Positions 21,461 through 31,164 of a DNA stretch of 64,000 nucleotides are shown here, piece by piece. The notes under the pieces are model-generated. The model ran no database searches. It was not told the origin of the DNA and worked only from the letters and a program-made list of their open reading frames with translations. This DNA comes from an uncultured Chloroflexia bacterium (lineage in GTDB: Bacteria > Chloroflexota > Limnocylindria > Limnocylindrales > CSP1-4). Numbering within the stretch: position 1 is the stretch's first letter; every line of letters begins with the position of its first letter. The stretch spans positions 6,180 to 70,179 of the forward strand of contig CAVOWV010000008.1 of the NCBI GenBank assembly GCA_963700245.1, read 5' to 3'. The position numbers and the translations under genes were made by a program.

Positions 21461-21605
21461 TGCGAGGGGCTCGGTGCGGCCGTGACCGATTGCAGCCGTT
21501 GCGGCCGCCATGCCGAACCGGACCCATGGCGGCCGTGACCCGACTGCGCGGGCGGGTCGCGAGGAGAACCGGGCGCCCCACAAGCAGAACCCCGCGCCCT
21601 GCGAG

Positions 21606-22814
21606 CTACGAGGTCGCGAGCACCTCGGCCAGCGCGTCCGCGAACGGGTCCAGGTTGGCCGACGTGAAGCCCGCCACGTTGATCCGGCCCTTGCCCACGA
21701 CGTACACACCGTGCTCGTCCTTGAGGCGGGCAACCTGCGCCGTCGTGAGGCCCAGGAGCGCGAACATGCCGCGCTGCGTGGCGATGGCGGACCAGTCGCC
21801 GGGGATGCCACGCGACTCGAGCGCCTCGACGAGCGCGACCCGGTTGGCGTTGATCCGGCCGCGCATCCCGGCCAGCTCGGTCTCCCACTGGGCGCGGAGG
21901 GCTGCATCGGACAGGATCGTGCGGACGATGTCGGCGCCATGCGCGGGCGGGTTGGAGTAGTTGACGCGGATCGCGGCCTTCACGTGGCTCTGGACGGCAG
22001 CGGCGTCAGCGGCGGTGCCCGCGATCACGATCAGCGCCCCGACCCGTTCCGCGTAGAGCGAGAAGGTCTTGGAGAACGAGGTGGAGACGAGGAGCTCCGC
22101 GCCGGGCCGCACCAGCTCGAGCAGGCCCGCGGCGTCCTCGACCAGCCCGTCGCCGAAGCCCTGGTAGGCGAGGTCCACGAGCGGCAGCAGGCGGCGCTCC
22201 TCGACCAGGTCGCCGATCTGCTTCCACAGGGCGGGGGAGGGGTCCACGCCGGTCGGGTTGTGGCAGGCACCGTGGAGGAGGACGATGTCGCCGGGGCTGG
22301 CCTGGCCGAGCGCCTCGAGCAGCGCGGTCTCGTCGATCCGGCGCCCGGTCCCGTCCGTGTAGGGGTAGGTCCGGATCCGGAAGCCCGCCGCCAGGAACAG
22401 CTGCGGGTGGTTGGGCCAGGTGGGCTCGCTCATCCAGAGCGTCTGGCCCGACCCGGTCTGGCGGAGCAGGTCCGCCGCGACGCGCAGGCCCCCGGTGCCG
22501 CCCGGCGTCTGGGTCGCGAGCGCCCGCCCGGAGGTCACGGCCTCGTGGTCGGCGCCCAGAGCGAGCGCACGCACGAGCTCGCGATAGGCGACCTCGCCGT
22601 CGATCGGCCGGTAGAGCTTCGTCCCCGCGGCGGCCGCCAGCCGGCGCTCGGCCTCGATGACCGTCGGCAGCACCGGGGTCGTGCCGGTCTCGTCGACGAA
22701 CACGCCCGAGCTCAGGTTGATCTTGCTCGTGCGCGGGTCGGTCTTGAAGGCCTCTGCGAGGCCGAGGATCGAATTGGGCGGGGCGGGGATGCGGGCGAGC
22801 GACGGCAAAGACAC
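21606..22814 (-). CDS. aspC: Aspartate/aromatic amino acid aminotransferase (AspC/TyrB type)
   Basis: QTPGGTGGLR, HGACHNPTG, DLAYQGF, SFSKTFSLYAERVG, GRINVAG. Confidence 0.9.
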   Translation of the reverse strand: MSLPSLARIPAPPNSILGLAEAFKTDPRTSKINLSSGVFVDETGTTPVLPTVIEAERRLAAAAGTKLYRPIDGEVAYRELVRALALGADHEAVTSGRALATQTPGGTGGLRVAADLLRQTGSGQTLWMSEPTWPNHPQLFLAAGFRIRTYPYTDGTGRRIDETALLEALGQASPGDIVLLHGACHNPTGVDPSPALWKQIGDLVEERRLLPLVDLAYQGFGDGLVEDAAGLLELVRPGAELLVSTSFSKTFSLYAERVGALIVIAGTAADAAAVQSHVKAAIRVNYSNPPAHGADIVRTILSDAALRAQWETELAGMRGRINANRVALVEALESRGIPGDWSAIATQRGMFALLGLTTAQVARLKDEHGVYVVGKGRINVAGFTSANLDPFADALAEVLATS

Positions 22815-22975
22815 GGGCGTGACCTTTCGAGGGCGGTTGAGCGGGGCGCCGAGGGGAGTCTATCCGCCTGACGGGGTTGCGGGCCGGTGACGACGGCCGC
22901 GGAACCCGTTGGCCGCCCGGGCGGTAGGCTTCGCTGAGACCCGCGAACCCGCCACCGCACAGGAGCCGCCGATCC

Positions 22976-24034
22976 ATGGAGGCCGACCTCGCCGCCGGCG
23001 CGCCCGAGCCCGAGCCTGCGCCCGCCCCGGCGCTCGCGCCAGTGCTCGCACCCGCACCCGCACCGGGGCCCGAGCCCCATGTCGACGTGACCGGCGCCGG
23101 CCGCCGGCTGTGGGACGACCTCCGCCGTTCCGTCGCACGTGCGGTGGTCGGGGCGGACGATCCGCTGCGGATGATCACCGTGGCGCTCCTGGCGGATGGC
23201 CACGTCCTGCTCGAGGACGTCCCGGGTACCGGCAAGACGCTCCTCGCCCGCGCCGTCGCCCGCTCACTGGACCTGCGGATGACCAGGATCCAGGGCACCC
23301 CGGACCTCCTGCCCTCGGACGTCACCGGGTCCAGCCTGTTCGAGCCCGGCGGCCTGCGCTTCGTGCCGGGGCCGGTGTTCACCAACCTGCTCCTCGTCGA
23401 CGAGGTCAACCGGGCCACGCCGCGCACGCAGTCGGCGCTCCTGGAGGCGATGCAGGAGCGCCAGGTCACCATCGAGGGAACCACCCACCTCCTGCCCGAC
23501 CCGTTCCTTGTTCTCGCGACGCAGAACCCGGTCGAGTTCGAGGGGACCTTCGCCCTGCCCCAGGCCCAGCTGGACCGGTTCCTCCTCCGGGCCCGGATCG
23601 GGTACCCGGACGGTCTGGGCGAACGGCAGATCGCCCGCCGCTACCAGGATGCCGCGGAGCCGTTGGACGCGATCGAGCCGGTCATCGACGCCACCCGCCT
23701 CCTCGAGGTGCGCGACGAGGTCCGCCGGGTCCGCGTGGCCGACGAGGTGGAGGCGTATCTCGTGGAGGTCAGCCGCGCGACCCGCTCGCACCCGGACCTC
23801 GACCTCGGCGCCAGCCCGCGGGCCACCGTCGCGCTCTACCGCGTCGCCCAGGCGTACGCCGTGCTCGAGGGCCGCGCGTTCGTCACCCCCGACGACGTCA
23901 AGGCGGTCGCACCCGCCGTGCTGGTGCACCGCCTGGTGGTCAACCTGGACCGGAGCCTGCACGGCGCCACCGTCGAAGGCGCGGTGTCAGGGATCCTCGG
24001 GTCCGTGCCCGTCCCCCCGGTGGCCGGGGCCTGA
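22976..24034 (+). CDS. moxR: MoxR-family AAA+ ATPase
   Basis: HVLLEDVPGTGKT, DLLPSDVTG, DEVNRATPRTQSALLEAMQE, ATQNPVE. Confidence 0.93.
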   Translation: MEADLAAGAPEPEPAPAPALAPVLAPAPAPGPEPHVDVTGAGRRLWDDLRRSVARAVVGADDPLRMITVALLADGHVLLEDVPGTGKTLLARAVARSLDLRMTRIQGTPDLLPSDVTGSSLFEPGGLRFVPGPVFTNLLLVDEVNRATPRTQSALLEAMQERQVTIEGTTHLLPDPFLVLATQNPVEFEGTFALPQAQLDRFLLRARIGYPDGLGERQIARRYQDAAEPLDAIEPVIDATRLLEVRDEVRRVRVADEVEAYLVEVSRATRSHPDLDLGASPRATVALYRVAQAYAVLEGRAFVTPDDVKAVAPAVLVHRLVVNLDRSLHGATVEGAVSGILGSVPVPPVAGA

Positions 24035-24037
24035 CCC

Positions 24038-25270
24038 ATGGCCGGGCGCGTCATGGCGGCGATCGCCCTCATCGTGATCGGGAGCGCGCTGGACGTCCCG
24101 ATCGCGATCCTGCTGGGCGTCGTGGTGCTGCTGCTCGACGTCGTCCACGCCGCCTGGGCCCGTCGAGGTCTCCAGGGCATCCGCTACGAGCGCCACCTCG
24201 GAGCCCGCCGCGCGCCCTTCGGCGAGAGCATTCCGCTCGAGATCGAGGTCTGGAACCGCCGCCGCCTGCCGCTCGCCTGGCTGCGTGCCGACGACGAGGC
24301 CAGCGATGGCATCGAGCTGCTCGAGCGCGACCTGGATGACGGCGAGGAACCCGGCACGACGGTCCTGCGCAACGCCTGGACCCTGAGATCCTGGGAGCGG
24401 GTCAGACGCCGGTTCCACGTGTTCGCGGAGCGGCGGGGCGTCTTCACCCTGGGTCCCGTGGAGCTCTCCGCCGGCGACCCGTTCGCGAGGCGCGTGGCCG
24501 CGGAGCTGCGCCCCGGCACCGACACGTTCCTCGTCTGGCCGCGCACCGTCCCCACCACGGAGCTGGAGCCGCCCGACCGCTGGGGCGACCGGGAGCGGGC
24601 CCGAGGCGGCCTCGCGGAGGACCCGGCGCGGTTCGCGGGCGTGCGCCCGTACGCCCCCGGCGACCCGCTCCGGCGGATCCATGCCCGGGCCAGCGCGCGT
24701 GCCGGCGCCCCGGTCACGAAGCGCTTCGAACCGTCCCGGGACCGCGAGGTGCTGATCGCGCTCGACGTGCAGACCGCCGAGGGGGCCGCGTGGGAGGCCG
24801 GCTGGGCCGACGACGACGTGGAGTCCCTGTACGTGGTGGCGGCGTCCATCGCGCGCTCGCTCGCGCTGCGGCGGGTGGCCTTCGGGATCCTGGCCGCGGG
24901 GTACAGCGGCGCCGAGACGCGGATCGCCAGCGTGCCGGTGTCATCCGCGCCGGGCCAGGCGGAACGCGTGCTGGACCTCCTGGCCCGGCTGTCCCCGCAC
25001 GCGTCCATGCCGTTCGAGCGACTGCTGGTCGTGGCGGCCCGGACCGTCCGGCCGGGGACCACCGTCCTCGTGCTCACGGCGAGGGATCCGCGCCCCTTCG
25101 TGGCCGCGCTGCGGCGGCTGGAGAACGCCGGGGCCGACGTCGTGCTGGTCGCGGCGGGCCGCCAGGCCTCGCGGGATGCCGGTCGGGCGCGGCAGGCGGG
25201 GATCGCCGCGCGGCGCGCGATCCTGGACGGGCACTGGCGCGTCGCCGAGCACCTGGTGATCGGGCGATGA
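24038..25270 (+). CDS. DUF58 domain protein
   Basis: VRPYAPGDPLRRIH motif; follows moxR. Confidence 0.88.
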   Translation: MAGRVMAAIALIVIGSALDVPIAILLGVVVLLLDVVHAAWARRGLQGIRYERHLGARRAPFGESIPLEIEVWNRRRLPLAWLRADDEASDGIELLERDLDDGEEPGTTVLRNAWTLRSWERVRRRFHVFAERRGVFTLGPVELSAGDPFARRVAAELRPGTDTFLVWPRTVPTTELEPPDRWGDRERARGGLAEDPARFAGVRPYAPGDPLRRIHARASARAGAPVTKRFEPSRDREVLIALDVQTAEGAAWEAGWADDDVESLYVVAASIARSLALRRVAFGILAAGYSGAETRIASVPVSSAPGQAERVLDLLARLSPHASMPFERLLVVAARTVRPGTTVLVLTARDPRPFVAALRRLENAGADVVLVAAGRQASRDAGRARQAGIAARRAILDGHWRVAEHLVIGR

Positions 25271-25283
25271 ACGGGATCCTGCG

Positions 25284-26813
25284 ATGAACGGCGTCCTGCT
25301 CTACCTGCCGGTGGCTCTCGCGCTGCTGGCAGAGGCGGCGTGGATCGCGGTGTTCGCGGGCCTCCTCGAGGCGTTCGTCCTGCACGCGCCGATCTCCGGG
25401 ATCCCCGTGATGCTGCTCGCGGCCGCCGCCGGTCTGCTGGCGGCGCGCAGCCTCCCGCGCCGGGTCGGCGGCGCGTGGCACTGGATCGCCGCCGGTCTGG
25501 CGGCGACGGCCGGGCTGGCGGGCTGGCTCGCCTCGCCGGAGGTGCGTGCGCTGCTGGCCGACGAGGGCGTCGGCGGGCTCGGCGCGGCGCTCGCGGTCAA
25601 CCCCGGCGGCTGGCTGGCCGCCCTCGCGCTGGTGCGCGGCATCGGATATGCAAGGCTCCCGGTGGATCCGAACCGGGTCGGGACCATGCTGGCGCTCGTC
25701 GTGCCCGCGCTTGCCGTGGCGGCCGTGATCGGGGGCATGATCGCCGAGCCGTGGCGCGGCCAGTTCCTCGACGCCGCCCAGGTGTGGGTCGTCATCTTCC
25801 TGGCGGCCGCCATCCTGTCACTCGCCCTGGCCCGCCTCTCGCAGGTCGGGCGCGGAGCGCCGGTCGACTGGCGGCGCAATCCCGGATGGCTTGCCCTCGC
25901 CGGGATCCTGGTCCTGGTCACCGCCGGGCTGGCGGTCGCGATCTCGCTGGTTGCCGGCCACGCCATCGCCATGGCGCTGTACGTCATCGCGGTGCCGTTG
26001 CTCGTCATCGGCTTCGTGGTGGGGTTCGACCGGCGCAGCCTGCGGATCGTCCTGATCAGCCTCGCCGCCGTCGGTGCGCTCGGGACGATCCTCCGCTTCA
26101 TCGCCCCGGGCGGGCCCTCGCCGATCGGGGGCACCACGCTCACGCCGGTGGTCCCCGACGGACAGTCCGAGGCGGGCACCGGGTTCGCCGTCGGCTTCTT
26201 CATCCTGCTGCTGGTCCTCGGGGTGATCGCGGCGCTGGTCCTCGCCAGGCTCTGGCTGCGCCGCCAGCCCGCCGCCGCCCAGGATGCCGACGAGACGCGG
26301 GTCATCGATCACGGTGGCGACGGCGAGGCCCCCGCCCGCCGGCTCCGCCCGTCCCGGTTCCGGCGCCGTCCTCGTCCGGCCGACGCCGTGGCCGCCTACC
26401 GTGCCCTGCTCGACGACCTGGACGGGCGCCCGCCGGTGGCCCGCGAGCCCGGGGAGACCCCGGCCGAGCACGCCCATCGCCTGCGCGCCGCGGGACACGG
26501 CGGCCTGGGCCTCGATCTCCTCGCGGCCGACTACGGGCTGGTTCGATTTGGGGGCGCGGCGCTCACCCCGGCCGAGACCCGCCGTGCGCTCGTGCGCGCG
26601 GACGACCTGCGACGGGCGCTGCTTCGCGTGCCGGTCGAGGCTCCGGAAGCTGTCGGGCTCGGCGCCGGCGTGGCCGGGCGTCAGGCTGCGGCGTCGGGTC
26701 CCGAGGGCGTGCGCGGGAGCCGGCGGGGCGCGGGCCCGGGCGCGGACCTGCCGGATGCCGACCAGCCGGGCACCCTGAACACGATCCTCACCCGGATCCG
26801 CCGCGGCCCCTGA
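25284..26813 (+). CDS. Multi-pass membrane protein with C-terminal DUF4129-like domain
   Basis: Many TMs; GETPAEHAHRL...YGLVRFG; canonical third gene of moxR-DUF58 loci. Confidence 0.75.
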   Translation: MNGVLLYLPVALALLAEAAWIAVFAGLLEAFVLHAPISGIPVMLLAAAAGLLAARSLPRRVGGAWHWIAAGLAATAGLAGWLASPEVRALLADEGVGGLGAALAVNPGGWLAALALVRGIGYARLPVDPNRVGTMLALVVPALAVAAVIGGMIAEPWRGQFLDAAQVWVVIFLAAAILSLALARLSQVGRGAPVDWRRNPGWLALAGILVLVTAGLAVAISLVAGHAIAMALYVIAVPLLVIGFVVGFDRRSLRIVLISLAAVGALGTILRFIAPGGPSPIGGTTLTPVVPDGQSEAGTGFAVGFFILLLVLGVIAALVLARLWLRRQPAAAQDADETRVIDHGGDGEAPARRLRPSRFRRRPRPADAVAAYRALLDDLDGRPPVAREPGETPAEHAHRLRAAGHGGLGLDLLAADYGLVRFGGAALTPAETRRALVRADDLRRALLRVPVEAPEAVGLGAGVAGRQAAASGPEGVRGSRRGAGPGADLPDADQPGTLNTILTRIRRGP

Positions 26814-26950
26814 TGGCCGCCGCCGCGGCCCCGGACGGACCCGCCGCGGCCCTGAAGGATCCGGCACCGGCCCCGGCCGCAGCTCGCCGCCGTGACCCCA
26901 TGTGGATCTCTCCCGGAGCCCAGTACGGCGGCTTCGGGTAGGGTGGGGCC

Positions 26951-27928
26951 ATGACTGCGCCCCAGACCTTCGATCCGCTCGCGCCCGCCCACCCGACCCG
27001 TGTCGCCGTCGTCGGCACGGGCGCGGTCGGCTCCACCTTCGCCTTCGGGCTCCTCCTGTCCGGTCTCGCGTCCGAGATCGTCCTGTCCGACGCCAACGAG
27101 CGGAAGGCCGAGGGCGAGGCGATGGACCTCATGCACGCCGTGCCCTTCGCGCGCACGGCCCGCGTCTGGGCCGGCCCGATCTCCGACTGCCGCGGCGCCG
27201 CCGTGACGGTCATCGCCGCGGGTGCCGCCCAGAAGCCCGGCGAGACGCGCATGGACCTGGTCCGAAGAACGCCGCGATCTTCCGCGAGCTCGTCCCGCAG
27301 GTCGCGGAGGCCAACCCGGACGGGATCATCCTCGTCGCCACGAACCCCGTCGACGTGCTGGCCTACCTCACGTACCGGATCTCCGGGCTGCCCGCAGAGC
27401 GGGTCATCGGGTCCGGGACGATCCTCGACACGGCGCGCTTCCGGATGCTCCTCGCCGATCACTACGGCGTCGACCCCCGCTCGGTCCACGCCCACATCGC
27501 CGGCGAGCACGGCGACTCGGAGGTCCCGGTCTGGTCGTCCGCGAACATCGCGGGCATGCCGATCGGCGACTTCGCGACCGCAGCGGGCATGGCCGACGAC
27601 GACGAGGCCATGCGCGAGATCTTCGAGAACACGCGTGACGCGGCGTACCAGATCATCGAGCGCAAGGGCGCCACCTACTACGCCGTCGCGGCCGGCCTCG
27701 TGACGGATCGTCCAGGCGATCCTGCGCGACCAGCGGACGGTCCTGTCCGTGAGCTCGCTGATCGACGACTACTACGGGATCGACGACGTCTACCTCTCGC
27801 TGCCCACGGTGGTCGGGCGACGGGGCGTCGAGCGCACGCTGCGGCTGGGACTCTCCGCGGAGGAGGCGTCCGGGCTGCGGCGCTCCGCCGGGCTCCTGCG
27901 CGAGACGATCGAGGCGATCGGGCTCTGA
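26951..27928 (+). CDS. ldh: L-lactate dehydrogenase; frameshifts near 27263 and 27705
   Basis: [53 protein letters not shown] across three frames. Confidence 0.9.
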
Positions 27929-27997
27929 TGGCCGGGCTCGTCCGGGTGCTCCGGATCTGTGCTGCGGGCGCCGTTCGATCTGCCCGACAATCGGGGC

Positions 27998-28279
27998 ATG
28001 GCGAGTCCCACCGCGCCGAACCCGGCCGCCCTTCCCGTCGCGGCCACGATCACCGTCTACGGCGCCGACTGGTGCGGCGACTGCCGCCGCACGAAGCGCT
28101 GGCTCAATGCGTCCGGGCTCGAGTGGACATGGATCGACCGCGATGCCGATCCGGAGGTCAGGCGCATGCTGGCCGACGCCGGCTACCTCGCGATCCCGGT
28201 GGTGGTGCTGCCCTCCGGCCAGGTCCTCGTGGAGCCCTCCGACGCCAGGCTCGCCGAGGCCGTCGGAGCAGCTCGCTAG
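27998..28279 (+). CDS. Glutaredoxin/mycoredoxin-like protein
   Basis: [13 protein letters not shown]; IPVV; LVEPS. Confidence 0.85.
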   Translation: MASPTAPNPAALPVAATITVYGADWCGDCRRTKRWLNASGLEWTWIDRDADPEVRRMLADAGYLAIPVVVLPSGQVLVEPSDARLAEAVGAAR

Positions 28280-28415
28280 TCACGCTGGCTGGGCCGCTTG
28301 CGCCGCGTCGCGTACACTCCGCGAGGCCGGACACCTGTTCGATCCGGCAGTACGAGGTGATCGTGACGCAGACAGCACGAGGAAGGCGCGCCAGCCGCGC
28401 CCGGGTGTCCCGCTA

Positions 28416-28706
28416 GTGCCGGCGCGCAAGCGGAAGGTCTACATCCCGCCCAAGAAGTCGCCGCCCCGGCCGCAGACGGGCGTTGGCGCTCCGCCGGCCG
28501 GCGTGCAGATCAACACGGCGGCGCTGGACGGGCGTGCGGGCCTGGAGCCCGGCGACAAGGTCCGGATCCTGGGCACCGGGCTGTACGCGGGTGAGCTCGC
28601 GGTCATCGAGAAGATGGCCGGCGGCGTCGTCCCCGCGGCAGTCGTGCGCACGGAGGCCGGGCGCTCGCGGACGGTCCGCACGGTGGACCTGGAGCCCGTC
28701 GCCTAG
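28416..28706 (+). CDS. Small basic protein with KOW/SH3-like motif
   Basis: LEPGDKVRILGTGLYAGELAVIEK; start (GTG) inferred. Confidence 0.6.
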   Translation: MPARKRKVYIPPKKSPPRPQTGVGAPPAGVQINTAALDGRAGLEPGDKVRILGTGLYAGELAVIEKMAGGVVPAAVVRTEAGRSRTVRTVDLEPVA

Positions 28707-29053
28707 GGACCTCCGGCCCGATCGTCAAGGTCCCGCGTCTCCATCTCCTGTGTCGGGCCGCTGGCGCCAGGTCCCGCGTCGCCAGGTCCCGCGTCGGGCC
28801 GCTCGCCATCTCCCGCGTCGGGCCGCTGTGCGGACCATTCGTCGCCGGTCATCGACGCCTCGTCCTCCTGAGCGGCCCGGAGACCACCGATCCGCCCCGC
28901 TGGGACCTTCCCGGCCGGCCAGGCGGACAGTGGGTCGGACGAGGGCGACGGATGGTCCGCCTGGCGGCCGCTGCGGCATGGGCACCGCCGCGGCATGGGC
29001 GCCGCCGCGGCCCCGCCGCGGCCTCGGCCGCCGCCGCCGCGGTCCGAAGCGAG

Positions 29054-29416
29054 CTACTCCAGTCCGGCGGCGTCCAGCTCGTTGAGGAGCTCGTAGGCCT
29101 CGTCGCCCAGGAACGCCCGGGCAGCAGCCTCGGCGTCCACGCCGGCTGCTTCGCTGGCCGTCGCGTCGTCCTCGTCCTCGATGTCGCCGCCGGCGAGCAC
29201 CGACATCGCGCGGGACGGCGTCGGTTCGACGATCCACTCGTCACCCGTGTCCGGGTCCACGTCGAAGAACGACACGGACTCGATCTCGTAGGTCTCGCCA
29301 TCGGGGCGCGTCAGGGTGCACGCCCAGGCCTCGTCCTCGTCGGCAGCCGAGCGGACCGTGAGGGTGAGACCGAGCGAGCGGAACAGCTCGGCGATCGTCG
29401 TCGGGGTGGAAGCCAT
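29054..29416 (-). CDS. Acidic hypothetical protein
   Basis: ORF from MASTPTTIAELF with typical codon bias and GAGG upstream. Confidence 0.6.
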   Translation of the reverse strand: MASTPTTIAELFRSLGLTLTVRSAADEDEAWACTLTRPDGETYEIESVSFFDVDPDTGDEWIVEPTPSRAMSVLAGGDIEDEDDATASEAAGVDAEAAARAFLGDEAYELLNELDAAGLE

Positions 29417-29559
29417 GCGGAAGTACCTCGGGAAAGCGTGTGGTGGCCACCACCGTACCGCCGCTCGCCAGTTCGCGCCGTCGTCCGACCCATGGCCCCG
29501 CGGTTGCCGAACCTGCAACAGTGCGTCCCACCGACCCGGACCGCGGTTACGATCCGCTC

Positions 29560-30951
29560 GTGGACGACCACGCCTCCGCCTCGTTCTGGCTCGAGACCTC
29601 CGGGGACGACCTCGACCCGAGGCCGCCCCTGGACGGCTCCGCCGATGCTGACGTCGCGATCCTGGGCGCCGGCCTGACCGGCCTCTGGACCGCGTACTAC
29701 CTCGCGCGGCATGACCCGGGGCTGCGGATCGTGATCGTGGAGCGGGAGATCGCCGGGTTTGGGGCGTCGGGCCGCAACGGGGCCTGGTGCGCGCCCGACC
29801 TCAACATCTCCATGGACCGCCTCGCGCGCCTCCACGGGGAGGACGCCGCCCGGCAGATGCAGCAGGCGACCTACGACGCCGTGGACGAGGTGGGCCGCGC
29901 CTGCGCCGAGGCGGGGATCGACGCCGGGTTCCACAAGGGCGGCGAGATCATCGTCGCGCGCGGGCCCCAGGGCGTGCCGTCATTGGAGGACTCGCTCCGG
30001 GAGTACGAGCGGTTCGGGTTCGGCGACCGCTACCGGCTGGTGGATGCGGCAGCCCTGGAGGACCGGATCCGGATCGCCGGCGCCGTGCGTGCGCTGGTCT
30101 CCGACGACGCGGCTGTCGTCCACCCCGGCCGCCTCGTGCGCGGCCTCGCCCGCGTCGTGGAGGGCATGGGCGTCACGGATCGTCGAGGGGACGGCCGTCA
30201 CCGCCGTGCGGCCGCGCGACGCGTCCGGCCGGGCGACCCTGGTGACGACGCGTGGCGACGTCCACGCTCCGGTCGTCGTCCTCGCGGGCGAGGCCTACCT
30301 GAGCCAGCTGCCGGGCCTGCGCCGCCAGCTGATCCCGCTGTACTCGCTGATCGTCCTGACGGAGCCGGTCAGCGACGCGCACTGGGCGGAGATCGGCTGG
30401 GCGAACCGCGAGGTCGTCGCGTCCACCCGGCTCTCGATCGACTATCTCTCGCGCACCGAGGACGGCCGGATCCTGTTCGGCGGGCGCGGCGCGCCCTACC
30501 GGCTGGGCTCCCGGATCAGCCCCGAGATGGACCGCCACGACCCCACCCACGAGCGGCTCCGGGGCTTCGTCCGGGAGTGGTTCCCGGTCCTGGGCGACGT
30601 CCGGTTCACGCACGCCTGGGGCGGGCCGCTGGGCATGCCGCGGGACTGGCATCCCACGATGGCGTTCGACGAGGCACTGGGATCGCCACCGCGCGCGGCT
30701 ACATCGGCCACGGCGTGTCCACGACGAACCTGGCCGGCCGTGTGCTCACGGACCTGATCGCGGGCGCCCGGACCCCGCTGACCGAGCTGCCGCTGGTGAA
30801 CCACCACTCGCGGAACTGGGAGATCGAGCCCTTCCGGTACCTGGGTGTGCGCTACGCGCAATGGGCCATGGGACGGCTCGACGAGGAGACCGCCCGCACC
30901 GGCAGGCCGCCCACCGGGAAGAGCCTGGCCGAGCGGATCTCGGCGCACTGA
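29560..30951 (+). CDS. FAD-dependent oxidoreductase (DadA/PuuB family); frameshifts near 30178 and 30670
   Basis: GAGLTGLWTA, GASGRNG, VHPGRL, HAWGGPLG, GYIGHGV. Confidence 0.88.
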   Translation: MDDHASASFWLETSGDDLDPRPPLDGSADADVAILGAGLTGLWTAYYLARHDPGLRIVIVEREIAGFGASGRNGAWCAPDLNISMDRLARLHGEDAARQMQQATYDAVDEVGRACAEAGIDAGFHKGGEIIVARGPQGVPSLEDSLREYERFGFGDRYRLVDAAALEDRIRIAGAVRALVSDDAAVVHPGRLVRGLARVVEGMGVTDRRGDGRHRRAAARRVRPGDPGDDAWRRPRSGRRPRGRGLPEPAAGPAPPADPAVLADRPDGAGQRRALGGDRLGEPRGRRVHPALDRLSLAHRGRPDPVRRARRALPAGLPDQPRDGPPRPHPRAAPGLRPGVVPGPGRRPVHARLGRAAGHAAGLASHDGVRRGTGIATARGYIGHGVSTTNLAGRVLTDLIAGARTPLTELPLVNHHSRNWEIEPFRYLGVRYAQWAMGRLDEETARTGRPPTGKSLAERISAH

Positions 30952-31164
30952 GCGCCGGGGCCAGCCCTGGTGACGGCCCCGGGCCGCCACGGCACCGGCG
31001 ATTGGTGATCCGGCCACCCGTGGGATGCGTGACATCGCGGCGGCCGATGCGTCCCATGGTCGTAGTGCGGGAGGTTCCGCCATACGGCCATCAATCTGGC
31101 CGCGTGGCACGTGCCGAGTCATCGACGGACTGACCCGCCGGCAAGCCACCCTGGAGGTGGGGCA

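Noticed and set aside
28703-28996. Short minus-strand ORF with RPDAG repeats
   Set aside because: Low-complexity repeat sequence with no recognisable domain; cannot be supported as a gene
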